A DNA stretch of 64,000 nucleotides. Source: a bacterium (lineage in GTDB: Bacteria > Patescibacteriota > Microgenomatia > Daviesbacterales > UBA10151). Under the pieces are notes generated by a model. That model made no database searches. It was not told where the DNA came from and saw only the letters and a list, made by a program, of their open reading frames with translations. Position numbers and translations under genes: made by a program. Below are positions 12,665 to 22,402 of this stretch, piece by piece (position 1 is the first letter of the stretch; the number at the start of each line of letters is the position of its first letter). Location of the stretch: assembly GCA_021790255.1 (NCBI GenBank), contig JAJYIE010000002.1:413-64412 (forward strand), in the 5' to 3' direction.

Positions 12665-13210
12665 ATGAGAAAAAATGCTCGCGGTTTCACTTTGGTTGAG
12701 CTTTTGGTAGTTATTGCCATTATTGCTATTTTAGCGGCAGTGGTGGTACTGATTATTAATCCGTTGGAGCTGATGAGGCGCTCACGTGATGCAGCCAGAC
12801 TGACTGACCTGGCAAACCTTCAGCAGGCTATTAATGTAGCGGCACAGGAAGCAACAGGTTCCGGAGTCGGCATTCTCTGTTTCGGCCAAACAGGCAATCC
12901 CACTCCAGGTACGGTTATGTGCCAGGGCAATACAAACACCGATCCTTCCAGCACCAGGCGTAATGCTGATGGTACAGGATGGGTAAAGGTGAATTTGTCC
13001 AGCCAGCAAAGTGTGTCAGTGCCAACTCTACCGGTAGATCCAATTAACAATAGTACCTATAACTACACTTATGCCTCTGACGGGCAAAGCTGGGAAATTG
13101 ATGCTGTTTTGGAGTCGCAACAGCAAATTAATGCCGGAAGGATGAGTAATGATGGTGGAAATAACCCCAACGTTTATGAGGTTGGTTCTAACCTGCTTTT
13201 GCTTCCGTAG
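12665..13210 (+). CDS. type IV pilin (probable major pilin)
   Basis: MRKNARG|FTLVELLVV class III signal with E5. Strong SD, own promoter. Confidence 0.9.
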   Translation: MRKNARGFTLVELLVVIAIIAILAAVVVLIINPLELMRRSRDAARLTDLANLQQAINVAAQEATGSGVGILCFGQTGNPTPGTVMCQGNTNTDPSSTRRNADGTGWVKVNLSSQQSVSVPTLPVDPINNSTYNYTYASDGQSWEIDAVLESQQQINAGRMSNDGGNNPNVYEVGSNLLLLP

Positions 13211-13211
13211 A

Positions 13212-14111
13212 ATGGTGTCAGCGGTCATAGGATTTTTACTGGGTGTTAGTTTAGGAAGTTTTGCTAAGGCGACCGCTGACAGGGTTATTGCCGGGAAATC
13301 ATTGAGGGGAAGGTCGTACTGCTGGTCATGTAAAAGGAGACTAAAGTGGTACGACCTTTTTCCTGTACTCTCCTACATCTCTTTGCGCGGCCGTTGCCGT
13401 TTTTGCCACAAAAGGATTCCTCCACAGCTTTTTATCTCTGAGATAGCCATGGGGGTATTAGTGGCTCTCGTTTTTTGGACGGCCCTGCTCCCCTACCCCG
13501 ATTTCTTGCTGCTGCCTTACTGGGAAATGGGCTTAATCGGGTTTGAGGTTTTGTTTAAGGTTTTTATCGTTTGTGTGATGTTTATTGTTTTTTGGACGGA
13601 TTTGCAAGGCGGGTTGATCTTTGACCGGGTTATGTACCCGGCTCTGGAGGCAGCAGCCATATTTTGGGTGGTTCTTTCAGCCCTGCGTTCTGCTTCATTA
13701 TATTATCAGCTGCAGGGAAGTTTAATCGGAAGGTTTCTGCTGCCTCCGCACACTGATTATTTATACCAGCACTTAAAGTCTATCTGGATGCTGCCGGTGG
13801 AGTCCTTGCTGGCAGGGGTTTTGGCTGCCCTCTTTTTTATTATCCTTATTTTGGTAACGCGTGGCCGGGGCATGGGCTGGGGGGATGTTAAATATGTGCT
13901 CTTTTTGGGACTGGCCCTGGGCTTTCCAAATATAATAGTGGGCTTAATACTCTCTTTTGTTTTCGGGTCGGTTGCATCTTTAGTATTGATAGTAATGAAA
14001 AGGCGGCATTTCGGCCAAACTATCCCTTTCGGTCCATTTCTTTCCATGGGCGCTTATGTGGCACTGCTTTACGGCCAGCAGATCATGGATTGGTATTTAA
14101 AGGCTTTTTAA
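13212..14111 (+). CDS. pilD: prepilin peptidase
   Basis: RSYCWSC, RCRFC, GMGWGDVK, IPFGPFL. Start at MVSAVIG. Confidence 0.93.
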   Translation: MVSAVIGFLLGVSLGSFAKATADRVIAGKSLRGRSYCWSCKRRLKWYDLFPVLSYISLRGRCRFCHKRIPPQLFISEIAMGVLVALVFWTALLPYPDFLLLPYWEMGLIGFEVLFKVFIVCVMFIVFWTDLQGGLIFDRVMYPALEAAAIFWVVLSALRSASLYYQLQGSLIGRFLLPPHTDYLYQHLKSIWMLPVESLLAGVLAALFFIILILVTRGRGMGWGDVKYVLFLGLALGFPNIIVGLILSFVFGSVASLVLIVMKRRHFGQTIPFGPFLSMGAYVALLYGQQIMDWYLKAF

Positions 14112-14182
14112 ATTTGGTCCTAAATTGGTGTATTGACAAGCATTTTAAGTTATGACAACAATAGATTAGATAAAAAAGTTCT

Positions 14183-14692
14183 ATGAAAAAACTACTGCCC
14201 AAAACTGCTAATAACCCCGAAGGCTTTACTCTTGTAGAACTTATGGTTGTCATCACTATTTTGGCCATTCTGGCTTTGGTTGGTTTGACTGCTTTTGGTG
14301 AGGCGCAGAAAAGGGGACGTGATGGTAAAAGGATTCAGGAAATTGAAGCAATTGCGCAGGCATTAGAGATTCACTATGTAAATACTGGTGCTACACCAGG
14401 GTACCAACCACTTGTAAACACTTGGTTTGCTGATGCTACTATTCCCCAAGATCCTCAGCATGGTGCGACTCCTAATTATGATTATTGTTTAAAGATGAGT
14501 ACTTCAACTCCTCAAACTTGTGATGCGGCGATTGGCCACCACCCTGCAGGAAACGGAAGTTGTCTTACTGGTGATACTCCAATAGTAAGTAATATAACGA
14601 ATACGCCTACAGCAGGAACGAGATATTGGATAGTCTATGCATTTTCTGAAGCAAATGATACCGATGTTTACTGTAAAACAAGTAGCCAGTAA
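14183..14692 (+). CDS. type IV pilin-like protein
   Basis: EG|FTLVELMVV, RDGKR motif, four Cys. Confidence 0.9.
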   Translation: MKKLLPKTANNPEGFTLVELMVVITILAILALVGLTAFGEAQKRGRDGKRIQEIEAIAQALEIHYVNTGATPGYQPLVNTWFADATIPQDPQHGATPNYDYCLKMSTSTPQTCDAAIGHHPAGNGSCLTGDTPIVSNITNTPTAGTRYWIVYAFSEANDTDVYCKTSSQ

Positions 14693-14708
14693 GGGTTAAA
14701 GAGTTTAG

Positions 14709-14734
14709 AAGGCCGCCGGAAGGCGGCTTTTTTT
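14709..14734 (+). terminator. intrinsic terminator
   Basis: GCCGCC-GGAA-GGCGGC followed by T7. Confidence 0.85.
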
Positions 14735-14831
14735 GTGGGCTTTCCCGTGATATCTGGAAGGGGCGTAGCGAGCCGATGGGTTTAAGCGAGACCGGAATGA
14801 CAACAATCAGCAAATGTGCTACCTTTGTTAT

Positions 14832-15302
14832 ATGAGGGGAAAATCAGGGCTTACCTTAATCAGCAAACTTGCCAAAGGAAACCCGGCGGGTTTTACTTTG
14901 ATTGAACTGATGGTCACCGTTTCCATTGTGGCGGTGCTTATGAGCGCAGGAATGACTCTTTATGGTGATATGCAAAAAAACGGTGCGGACCAGCAGCGGG
15001 AGGGAGATTTAGCGCAGATCCAAAGCGCCCTGGAACAATATAAAGCGGACCAGCATTATTACCCGAGTTCGCTGCCGGCTGTAGGCAGCGCTTTGAAAGA
15101 CCCTGCTAATGCCGTGACATATTTGTCGGCTGTTCCGGGAGATCCGTCATCCGGCGCTTCATATTCATATGTGGCCGGGCAAACCGGCTGTACTACTGCC
15201 AATAAAAATTGTTATAGTTACACCCTCTGTGCTACTCTGGAAAATACCACGGGTGGCAGTTGTTCTCACGGCACCGGTAATTATGAGGTAGATTCACCAT
15301 AA
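14832..15302 (+). CDS. pilin/GspG-like protein
   Basis: AG|FTLIELMV, ALEQY...YP, VPGDP, LCATLE. Confidence 0.88.
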   Translation: MRGKSGLTLISKLAKGNPAGFTLIELMVTVSIVAVLMSAGMTLYGDMQKNGADQQREGDLAQIQSALEQYKADQHYYPSSLPAVGSALKDPANAVTYLSAVPGDPSSGASYSYVAGQTGCTTANKNCYSYTLCATLENTTGGSCSHGTGNYEVDSP

Positions 15303-15304
15303 AA

Positions 15305-15715
15305 ATGAGGCGTGATAGTGGGTATACTCTAGTCGAGCTAATGGTGGTAATTACCATCATTACTGTTTTGACTTTGGTGGCCGGAGTTTATTACCATGAT
15401 ATGCAGCTGAACGCCCAAGACGCAAACCGGTTAAAGGATTTGACTGCCATTAAGCAGGCGCTGGAGATGTACAGAAACAGTAACGGATCATATCCGTCCA
15501 ATATAAGTCAGTTCGTGCCTAAATATCTTAATGCCATACCCACCGATCCTGGTCCTTCCTCCTACGGTTACGTATTAATTTTACAACCGACCAACTATGC
15601 TTTATGTGCCCACGAAGAAGGTAGCGCTAACTTTGGCCAGCCGCCGTATTTGTGCACCCTATCGGATTGTGGAGGTGGCCTGGGCAGCTGTAATATGGGA
15701 CTTTCTTCGGAATAA
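15305..15715 (+). CDS. pilin/GspG-like protein
   Basis: SG|YTLVELMVV, ALEMY...GSYP, IPTDP. Confidence 0.88.
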   Translation: MRRDSGYTLVELMVVITIITVLTLVAGVYYHDMQLNAQDANRLKDLTAIKQALEMYRNSNGSYPSNISQFVPKYLNAIPTDPGPSSYGYVLILQPTNYALCAHEEGSANFGQPPYLCTLSDCGGGLGSCNMGLSSE

Positions 15716-15716
15716 T

Positions 15717-16352
15717 ATGAAAATAGTCAGGATCCGTGGTTATACATTAGTTGAGCTTTTGGTAGTTATTTCAATCATGGCGATAATGACTTTAAGCGCG
15801 ATGCCGATTTTTAGGAACTACCAAAATGATCAGAAGGTTAAAGCGGCAGCCCTGCAGCTTCAGGAAGCTCTGCGCGAGGCTCAAAATAACGCCTTAAGTG
15901 GAGTAGTTTGCGCACCGAATAATCCGGCAGATAACTGGGGAATAATTTTCGGAGATGACCAAACTACCTCCACTAATAATTATCAGGTGGCACCTGTATC
16001 TTATAGCGCTTCCGGTAACAGCTTGATTGTAAGTTCCCCTTGTCCGGGCGGAAGCCCTCCCAGCCCGCCGCTTATCACAAGTAATTTTGCTTCTCCGATT
16101 CAAATTCTAAAGCTGAACGGCACTTCCGGTCATAATTGTGCTAATCATGGGCATCTGAAATCCCTGGGCATTGCCTTTCAAAATGTGTCCGGGGCGATTA
16201 AGTTTGCCAGCGGCAGCAATAGCCCCAATTGTGCTCCCAACAGCGGCTTTTTGGAATTTGTCCTGGCTCCGGCCAGGGCTACCTCTCCGACGGTGACCGT
16301 TCACGTTGACAACGGTGGGGCGATTTATACTTGCCAGGGCAGCGGGTGTTAG
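15717..16352 (+). CDS. minor pilin, FimT/FimU/GspH-like
   Basis: RG|YTLVELLVV, LREAQNNALSG. Confidence 0.85.
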   Translation: MKIVRIRGYTLVELLVVISIMAIMTLSAMPIFRNYQNDQKVKAAALQLQEALREAQNNALSGVVCAPNNPADNWGIIFGDDQTTSTNNYQVAPVSYSASGNSLIVSSPCPGGSPPSPPLITSNFASPIQILKLNGTSGHNCANHGHLKSLGIAFQNVSGAIKFASGSNSPNCAPNSGFLEFVLAPARATSPTVTVHVDNGGAIYTCQGSGC

Positions 16353-16356
16353 TTCG

Positions 16357-16385
16357 TTGACACCCCCCTCTCAAACCAATATAGT
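16357..16385 (+). promoter_or_regulatory. sigma70-type promoter for minor pilin operon
   Basis: TTGACA-17 nt-TATAGT. Confidence 0.6.
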
Positions 16386-16394
16386 GGAATAAGG

Positions 16395-16901
16395 ATGAAT
16401 TTGCCCAAAAAGTTGTATTGGAGGCAAACTGGTCAGGGTCTGACGGAGGTATTAATTGCGCTGATGGTGGGGGCGATTCTGGTAGGGGCGATGGTGGTGG
16501 TAGTAATTACCAGCATGAAAAACTCGGAATATGCCCAGGATCAGACCAAAGCTACAAAATACGCCCAGGATGCCCTGGACCAGATCCGGGCTATCCGTGA
16601 CCGTAATGGGACAGTTGGTTGCAGCGGCTGTACTACCGGCACATTCCAAGACTTCTTTAGTGCCGCTCCCCCACCCCTGCCAAAATATTTTACTATCAGT
16701 TCCGGGGCGCTGGAAGAACAGCCGTCATCAACACCAGTGGCAATAACAGGTGAAGTCGGCCTGTCCCGGGAGATCGAAGTTGCCAGTCCTCCCGGCGGCT
16801 ATGCTGGGGTAAAGGTGACAGTCTGGGTTTATTGGAATGATTCGAAGGGCCAGCATTCATCACAACTGGAAACGGTTTTGACGCCTTACGGTTATAATTG
16901 A
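16395..16901 (+). CDS. minor pilin, PilV-like (set 1)
   Basis: TG|QGLTEVLIAL, ATKYAQDALDQIR, VTVWVYW. Confidence 0.8.
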   Translation: MNLPKKLYWRQTGQGLTEVLIALMVGAILVGAMVVVVITSMKNSEYAQDQTKATKYAQDALDQIRAIRDRNGTVGCSGCTTGTFQDFFSAAPPPLPKYFTISSGALEEQPSSTPVAITGEVGLSREIEVASPPGGYAGVKVTVWVYWNDSKGQHSSQLETVLTPYGYN

Positions 16902-16909
16902 GGAGACGC

Positions 16910-17554
16910 ATGAAAAAAAAATATTTACTGAGACTGCATGGTTTTAGTGTGGTGGAGCTTATTATAGTCATTGCAATGGCCGGTGTACTGGGCATTGTCT
17001 TTACCACTATAATGATCCAGTCAATGCGCGGGCAAAATAAAGTTAATGCCATCGACCAGGTCAAACAAAACGGCCAGCTTGTAATGAATGAGCTTTCCAA
17101 CGAAATCCGCATGGCTGATCAGGTTGTTTGCACAACCACAACAGGCCCGCAAACTCTGGTAGTGCTGGAGAATGGCTTGTATTACCGCTATACGTTGGTT
17201 TCCCCAAGCGGCGGAGCTAATGGCTATATTAAGAAGGAGATTTCCCCGACAGTAGATTCGGGGACAAATCCGCCCTTGAGTGCGGGTACCACTAAAGATC
17301 AGGTGTGTGCAACGGTTTTTTCTTCCGCGGCCACCTCACTCACATTAAGTGATACCAATACACAAACTGGGGTCTCAATCAATGCTCCGGCCGCTCCTGA
17401 TACGGTGTTTACCGAGAATACCGCAGGCGGTTATGATACAGTGACAATTAAATTTGTAATTTCCCCGGCTGTGAGCGTAAGTAGCCTTGAGGAAAACAGG
17501 GTTTCTCCCGAAACTTTTACGACTACGGTGGAACTGCAAGGAATGCAGAGATGA
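16910..17554 (+). CDS. minor pilin, PilW-like (set 1)
   Basis: HG|FSVVELIIV, LSNEIRMA, C-terminal FTTTVEL. Confidence 0.8.
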   Translation: MKKKYLLRLHGFSVVELIIVIAMAGVLGIVFTTIMIQSMRGQNKVNAIDQVKQNGQLVMNELSNEIRMADQVVCTTTTGPQTLVVLENGLYYRYTLVSPSGGANGYIKKEISPTVDSGTNPPLSAGTTKDQVCATVFSSAATSLTLSDTNTQTGVSINAPAAPDTVFTENTAGGYDTVTIKFVISPAVSVSSLEENRVSPETFTTTVELQGMQR

Positions 17555-18495
17555 AAACAACCAACAAACAGCTTGGGCAGATCGCCATTATCAGTTTGCT
17601 TATTATAGTCACGGTTTTGGCAATCGCACTCTCAGTTGTGGGCAGAAGCACAACAGAGCTTTCCTCCTCCAGCCGGACGGAAGAATCTTCCCGGGCACTG
17701 TCTGCTGCCGAAGGCGGTTTGGAGCAGGCTTTGTACCAACTGGGCACGGGATCCACAGCTGTTAATATCGCTCCCAACTCACCTTTCGGAAATAATACTT
17801 CCCTGAGTGTACAATCCTTCTCCTTGCCGGCCTCGGGGTTAGCTTTAGCTTATCCTCCTATTACCAAGTCCGATTTCGCCCAATTCTGGCTGGCTAACCC
17901 GACCCAAGTCGACGCCAACGGTGTACCGGCAAGTTACTATATGGCCTCAACTTTTAATGTTTATTTCGGCATGACAGCGCAGGATTTGATTAACATGAAC
18001 CTTTCCGGCCATTATACCTCCGCTCCTGATGATCAGCCGGCGCTGGAGGTCAGGTTGATTTCCTTTAACGGTTCAGGTTATGAATCAGCTAGCTATCTTT
18101 TTGACTCGTATTCAGGCAGAAACCCTCCGAATAATTTTCAGCTTCTGAGTTGTGGTAGTTTTTCTGTGTCAACCAATACAGGCAGTCCGGATGACCAGAA
18201 GTCATTTTACTGCAGAATCCAGATAACGGTCAAAGACGGTAGTGGAAATTCTTATATGCCGAGCGTATCCCATTATCCGGTGATGGCCAGGGCAAGGATT
18301 CTCTATAGCTCGCTCGCCCATCCTGTGGCGGTTGAACCAATATCAGGGTATAACCTCTATCCGCAAGCTAATATTGTTGAATCCACGGGAACGATTGCTA
18401 ACGTCCAGAGAAAGATCAGTGTGTTCCAGCAGCAAAATGTCCTGCCGATTTTTCTTGACTTTGCCCTGTTTTCCGGCGGTTCACTGTCCAAATGA
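17551..18495 (+). CDS. minor pilin, PilX-like (set 1)
   Basis: LG|QIAIISLL without E5, ALSAAEGGLEQAL, VESTG...RKI, FALF. Confidence 0.8.
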   Translation: MKTTNKQLGQIAIISLLIIVTVLAIALSVVGRSTTELSSSSRTEESSRALSAAEGGLEQALYQLGTGSTAVNIAPNSPFGNNTSLSVQSFSLPASGLALAYPPITKSDFAQFWLANPTQVDANGVPASYYMASTFNVYFGMTAQDLINMNLSGHYTSAPDDQPALEVRLISFNGSGYESASYLFDSYSGRNPPNNFQLLSCGSFSVSTNTGSPDDQKSFYCRIQITVKDGSGNSYMPSVSHYPVMARARILYSSLAHPVAVEPISGYNLYPQANIVESTGTIANVQRKISVFQQQNVLPIFLDFALFSGGSLSK

Positions 18496-18917
18496 AAAAG
18501 TTTTTAGTAGAAAAGCAAGCGGGTGTCACGCTGGTAGAGTTGATTTTGGCTCTTTTGGTGGTATCCGCCCTGATTATTATTCTCAGCAATCTGCCTTCCT
18601 CACTGTCTGCCATCAGCCGCAATCGCAACGGCTCAATCGCCCGGGACGCAGCCAGCAAGCAGATGGAATATCTGCGTCGATTAGGTTATGATAACCTACC
18701 TCCCACCGGAAGCTTCTCTGACAGCTCTTTGAACAGCTTGCCATTTGCTACTGCCAGCTTTGAGGTTGATCCCTGCCCGGTTACAATTTGCACCAGCGGT
18801 GATCCCAATAGAGAGCCGGCTAAACTGGTGAAGGTAGATGTGAGCTGGAATGAATCCGGCGATAATAAAAAAATTGATCTTACCACTCTTATCAGTAAGG
18901 GAGGTTTAGGCCAATGA
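18492..18917 (+). CDS. minor pilin, PilV-like (set 2)
   Basis: AG|VTLVELILA, MEYLR...YDNL, VKVDVSW. Confidence 0.8.
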   Translation: MKKFLVEKQAGVTLVELILALLVVSALIIILSNLPSSLSAISRNRNGSIARDAASKQMEYLRRLGYDNLPPTGSFSDSSLNSLPFATASFEVDPCPVTICTSGDPNREPAKLVKVDVSWNESGDNKKIDLTTLISKGGLGQ

Positions 18918-19480
18918 AGGGATTTACCCTGGTAGAAACGCTTCTGACTACCAGCATCGCGGTGATTGTGGGGATAGTTTTACTATCCATTTTTCTTAAC
19001 CACACTGGGGTTTTTTATAAGCAAAACGCTCTGGTTACTGAAGGCTTAGGCTTAAATGATGCCATGAGTGTTTTAAGCAACCAGATCCGGCAAGGTGTAA
19101 GTGTGGCTGCCGGCTATCCGGAATCTTCCCCAACCATCCTTTCATCAGATACAGTTTTAGTCCTTAAATTACCTGCCCTTTCTTCCTCCGGGGTGATTAG
19201 CAATGTTTATGACTTCGTGGCGATTTTCCCAGATTTAAGCACCCCAACTGTGCTGCGGATGCAGACTTTCCCTGACCCGGCCAGTATCAGGCCGGGGAGC
19301 AACCAGGTACTAACCACCTTGCTGCAGTCGGTCAAATTTACCTACTATGACCATAGTGGCAATGTTGTTACTCCGACCAATGCTGCTTTGGTAGGGGTGG
19401 ACCTGACGGTTTTATCCAAGACCGGCTCAATCGGCTCCAGCAGGACAACTAAAGCGGTGGTTGATTTGAGGAACCATTAA
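18914..19480 (+). CDS. minor pilin, PilW-like (set 2)
   Basis: MKG|FTLVETLL, FTYYD, C-terminal VDLRN. Confidence 0.8.
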   Translation: MKGFTLVETLLTTSIAVIVGIVLLSIFLNHTGVFYKQNALVTEGLGLNDAMSVLSNQIRQGVSVAAGYPESSPTILSSDTVLVLKLPALSSSGVISNVYDFVAIFPDLSTPTVLRMQTFPDPASIRPGSNQVLTTLLQSVKFTYYDHSGNVVTPTNAALVGVDLTVLSKTGSIGSSRTTKAVVDLRNH

Positions 19481-21289
19481 ATGAGAAAAAGGCATTTTTT
19501 CAGCAGTGAAAAATGTTCAGAGGGACAGATTTTAATGCTTGCGCTGTTTATTATGGTGATTGTGATGACCACCACCCTGATTATTATCAGTGGCTCACTG
19601 ATTTATTCCGAAAACACCAATTACTCACTACAGTCGCTGCAGGCTCTTAACTTGGCGGAAGCCGGAGTGGATAAGGCTGTTGCTTCGCTGAATGCCACAA
19701 GCGGCGCTTACTCAGGCGAGGACGGTACGGTTTTAGGCGCCGGACAGTATTCAGTGGTGATTACAACACCTGATGCCGGAACTAAACTTGTGGAATCCAC
19801 GGGATTTGTTCCCAGCAAAGACAATCCGAAGGCAAAAAGAACAATTGATATAACTGTGGCCAAGGGAGTGGGAGTGGCTTTTAATTACGGAGTCCAGGTT
19901 GGAGAAGGCGGTTTTCAGATGGCCAATGGCAGTGAAATTAAGGGGTCAATTTATTCTGACGGCAATATTATTATGAGCAACAACGCTCAGATTACCGGGG
20001 ACGCTTATGTTGCCGGCGGTACGGCCCCAAATCCTGACCAGCAGAGCGTTTGTAGCACTTACTGCGGTGATTTTATTTTCGGAACAAATGTTAACGGGCA
20101 GGACCGGCTGGATGTGGCACAAAGTTTTGTTCCCGGTGTTTCCGATTACCTAAATAAAGTGTCAATCAGGCTGAAAAAACAGGGCACGCCGCCGGACCTT
20201 ACCCTACGGCTTTTGGGAGACAGCGGTGGTCAGCCTGACCAAAAAAACGTCATTGCTTCCGGAACCCTGACAGCTGGGTTGGTAGGTAATGAGTATGGCT
20301 TTGTTGATGTGCCTTTTTCTTCACCTCCCAAGGTAACTGCCGGAACTGTCTACTGGATTATGCTTGATACCTCAGAAGACAGCAATAATTACTGGTACTG
20401 GGAGGCAGATACTATGCAGGGATACACCTTAGGCCAGGCGAAATGGTCACAAAACTGGCAGGCTAAAAATCCTATCTGGAATACCCCCTCGCCTCCTCTG
20501 GATTTGGACTTTGAAACATATATGGGCGGCACAGCCACATATATTCAGGGCAGCCAGGGTGTGACTATTGGCGGAGATGCTCATGCTAATACCTTGGAAA
20601 ACCTGCTGATAACCGGCAGTGCGTATTATCAGGTAGCGCAGAATATTTCGGCAGCCCATTCTTATCCCGGATCTGCCGATCCGCCCAATGTTGCTATGCC
20701 GGTGTCGGAAAGTAATATCTTATCATGGGAAAGCCGGGCTGAAAAAGCCAACCCGTCACTTGGACCGGTTAATAATTGTGTGGCCACCCTTGGCCCCGGT
20801 AAATACAACGGTGATGTGACAATTCTCAGCAACTGCACGGTCACGATTGAAGATCCGATCTGGATTACCGGGAATTTAACACTGGGAAACGGGGTTCAGT
20901 TTAATCTTGATCCTTCTTACGGTCCATCTTCTGGGGTAATTTTAGTGAGCGGCAAGGTAAACATTTCGAATACGGTGACAATAAACGGCTCGGGGAGTGC
21001 GGGGAGCTACCTGATGATGCTGACAATTTTTGATTCTCGCCCCGGGTCTCCCACCGCTGGCCAAATTGCCCTTTCAACGTCAAACGCCGGAACTGCCGGT
21101 ATCCTCTACGCGCCTTACGGTATTGCCCAAATTAACAACGGAGATAAACTGAGTGAAATATCGGCCTGGGAGGTGGAAATGGGCACAGGGGTACAAATAA
21201 CATACCAAACCGGTTTTGCCTCAACATTCTTTTCAGTCGGCCCCTCCGGCGCTTTTTCCCTGGTTAAGGGAACATATCAGCTGAAGTAG
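19481..21289 (+). CDS. large PilX-like minor pilin with inserted beta-sandwich and beta-helix-like domains (putative adhesin)
   Basis: EG|QILMLAL, ALNLAEAGVDKA, insert AQSF...YWIML...DLDF, Gly/Asn-rich beta-helix-like repeats, GILYAP. Confidence 0.8.
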   Translation: MRKRHFFSSEKCSEGQILMLALFIMVIVMTTTLIIISGSLIYSENTNYSLQSLQALNLAEAGVDKAVASLNATSGAYSGEDGTVLGAGQYSVVITTPDAGTKLVESTGFVPSKDNPKAKRTIDITVAKGVGVAFNYGVQVGEGGFQMANGSEIKGSIYSDGNIIMSNNAQITGDAYVAGGTAPNPDQQSVCSTYCGDFIFGTNVNGQDRLDVAQSFVPGVSDYLNKVSIRLKKQGTPPDLTLRLLGDSGGQPDQKNVIASGTLTAGLVGNEYGFVDVPFSSPPKVTAGTVYWIMLDTSEDSNNYWYWEADTMQGYTLGQAKWSQNWQAKNPIWNTPSPPLDLDFETYMGGTATYIQGSQGVTIGGDAHANTLENLLITGSAYYQVAQNISAAHSYPGSADPPNVAMPVSESNILSWESRAEKANPSLGPVNNCVATLGPGKYNGDVTILSNCTVTIEDPIWITGNLTLGNGVQFNLDPSYGPSSGVILVSGKVNISNTVTINGSGSAGSYLMMLTIFDSRPGSPTAGQIALSTSNAGTAGILYAPYGIAQINNGDKLSEISAWEVEMGTGVQITYQTGFASTFFSVGPSGAFSLVKGTYQLK

Positions 21290-21304
21290 CGAAGAGAAAG
21301 AATC

Positions 21305-21333
21305 TTGCAAAGTGGGGCTTTTGCACCTAAACT
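21305..21333 (+). promoter_or_regulatory. sigma70-type promoter for pilMNO
   Basis: TTGCAA-17 nt-TAAACT, same hexamers as the promoter at 7437-7465. Confidence 0.5.
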
Positions 21334-21351
21334 GGAGATAGGTAAAAGATT

Positions 21352-22383
21352 ATGGCTGCCAAGTTAGTTACAGGTTTGGATATCGGAACTTTCTCCATCA
21401 AAGCAGTGGTGTTATCCCACGGAGGCAAGCAGCCACACCTTGTTTCCTTCGGAGCAGTTTCCGCTCCCCAACCAGGCCTCGCTTCCGAGGGGAAAGCTGA
21501 CCTGGAAGCTGAAGCTGAGGCTATCAAGGGGCTGCTTGATTCTATTAAAGCTCCCTCCTCTTCAGTGGTAGTAGCACTGCCGGAATCAAAGATTTTTACC
21601 CGGGTGATCAGCGACATTCCATATATGACGGATGAGGAGCTGGCATCGGCTATCCGCTATTCGGCGGAAGAGTTTGTTCCTCTGCCGGTAGACCAGGTTA
21701 ACCTGTATTGGCAAACCGTGGCCCGCTCTAAGGAACAAAACAGCACCCTGGTCTTTGTAGTGGCTACTCCCAAGGTGATCACAGAAAAGTATATGGATGT
21801 GCTGCAGATGGCTAAACTAAAGCCCCTGGCTTTGGAAACGGAATTGATTGCTGCCACCAGGGCTTTGGTGGGCAATAATCCGTATGCTCCCACCACTCTG
21901 ATTGTGCAAATCGGGGCAAGCTCAACAGATTTTGCCGTGGTTTCAAAGGGGATGATGTTTTTAACCCGTTCAATTGCTACCGGCGGCATGGCTTTGACCA
22001 GGGCGCTGGCTCAATACCTGAACTTTGAACAGCCACAGGCGGAGGAATATAAAAAGGTTTATGGTTTGGCTGAAGACCAGCTGGGAGGCAAAATTTACCA
22101 GGCGCTAAAGCCTTTGACGGAGGTTTTAGTTTCAGAAGCCAGAAGGGTAATTCAGGCTTTTCAAGTCAAAAACCCTCAAAATCCTATCAAGCGGGTAGTG
22201 CTGGCGGGAGGTGGGGCAAACATGCCCGGCGTAGTGGTCTATTTTGCCAATAGCTTGGGTCTGGAAATCCAGGAAGCGGATCCATGGTATTTTGTGGATA
22301 AAGACCCGGCCATTGCCCAGCGCCTGCAGGCAGAGGCCATGAATTATACAATTGCTGTAGGGTTGGCAATGCGGGAAGGTTGA
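21352..22383 (+). CDS. pilM: type IV pilus assembly protein PilM
   Basis: GLDIGTFSIK, LAGGGA, AVGLAMR; actin-like fold. Confidence 0.93.
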   Translation: MAAKLVTGLDIGTFSIKAVVLSHGGKQPHLVSFGAVSAPQPGLASEGKADLEAEAEAIKGLLDSIKAPSSSVVVALPESKIFTRVISDIPYMTDEELASAIRYSAEEFVPLPVDQVNLYWQTVARSKEQNSTLVFVVATPKVITEKYMDVLQMAKLKPLALETELIAATRALVGNNPYAPTTLIVQIGASSTDFAVVSKGMMFLTRSIATGGMALTRALAQYLNFEQPQAEEYKKVYGLAEDQLGGKIYQALKPLTEVLVSEARRVIQAFQVKNPQNPIKRVVLAGGGANMPGVVVYFANSLGLEIQEADPWYFVDKDPAIAQRLQAEAMNYTIAVGLAMREG

Positions 22384-22402
22384 GTCTCACCCTAAGCTTA
22401 AA

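Noticed and set aside
12665-16352. Shufflon or DGR-type pilin variation
   Set aside because: No recombinase, reverse transcriptase, inversion repeats or template/variable repeat pair seen. Similarity is limited to the N-terminal helix.
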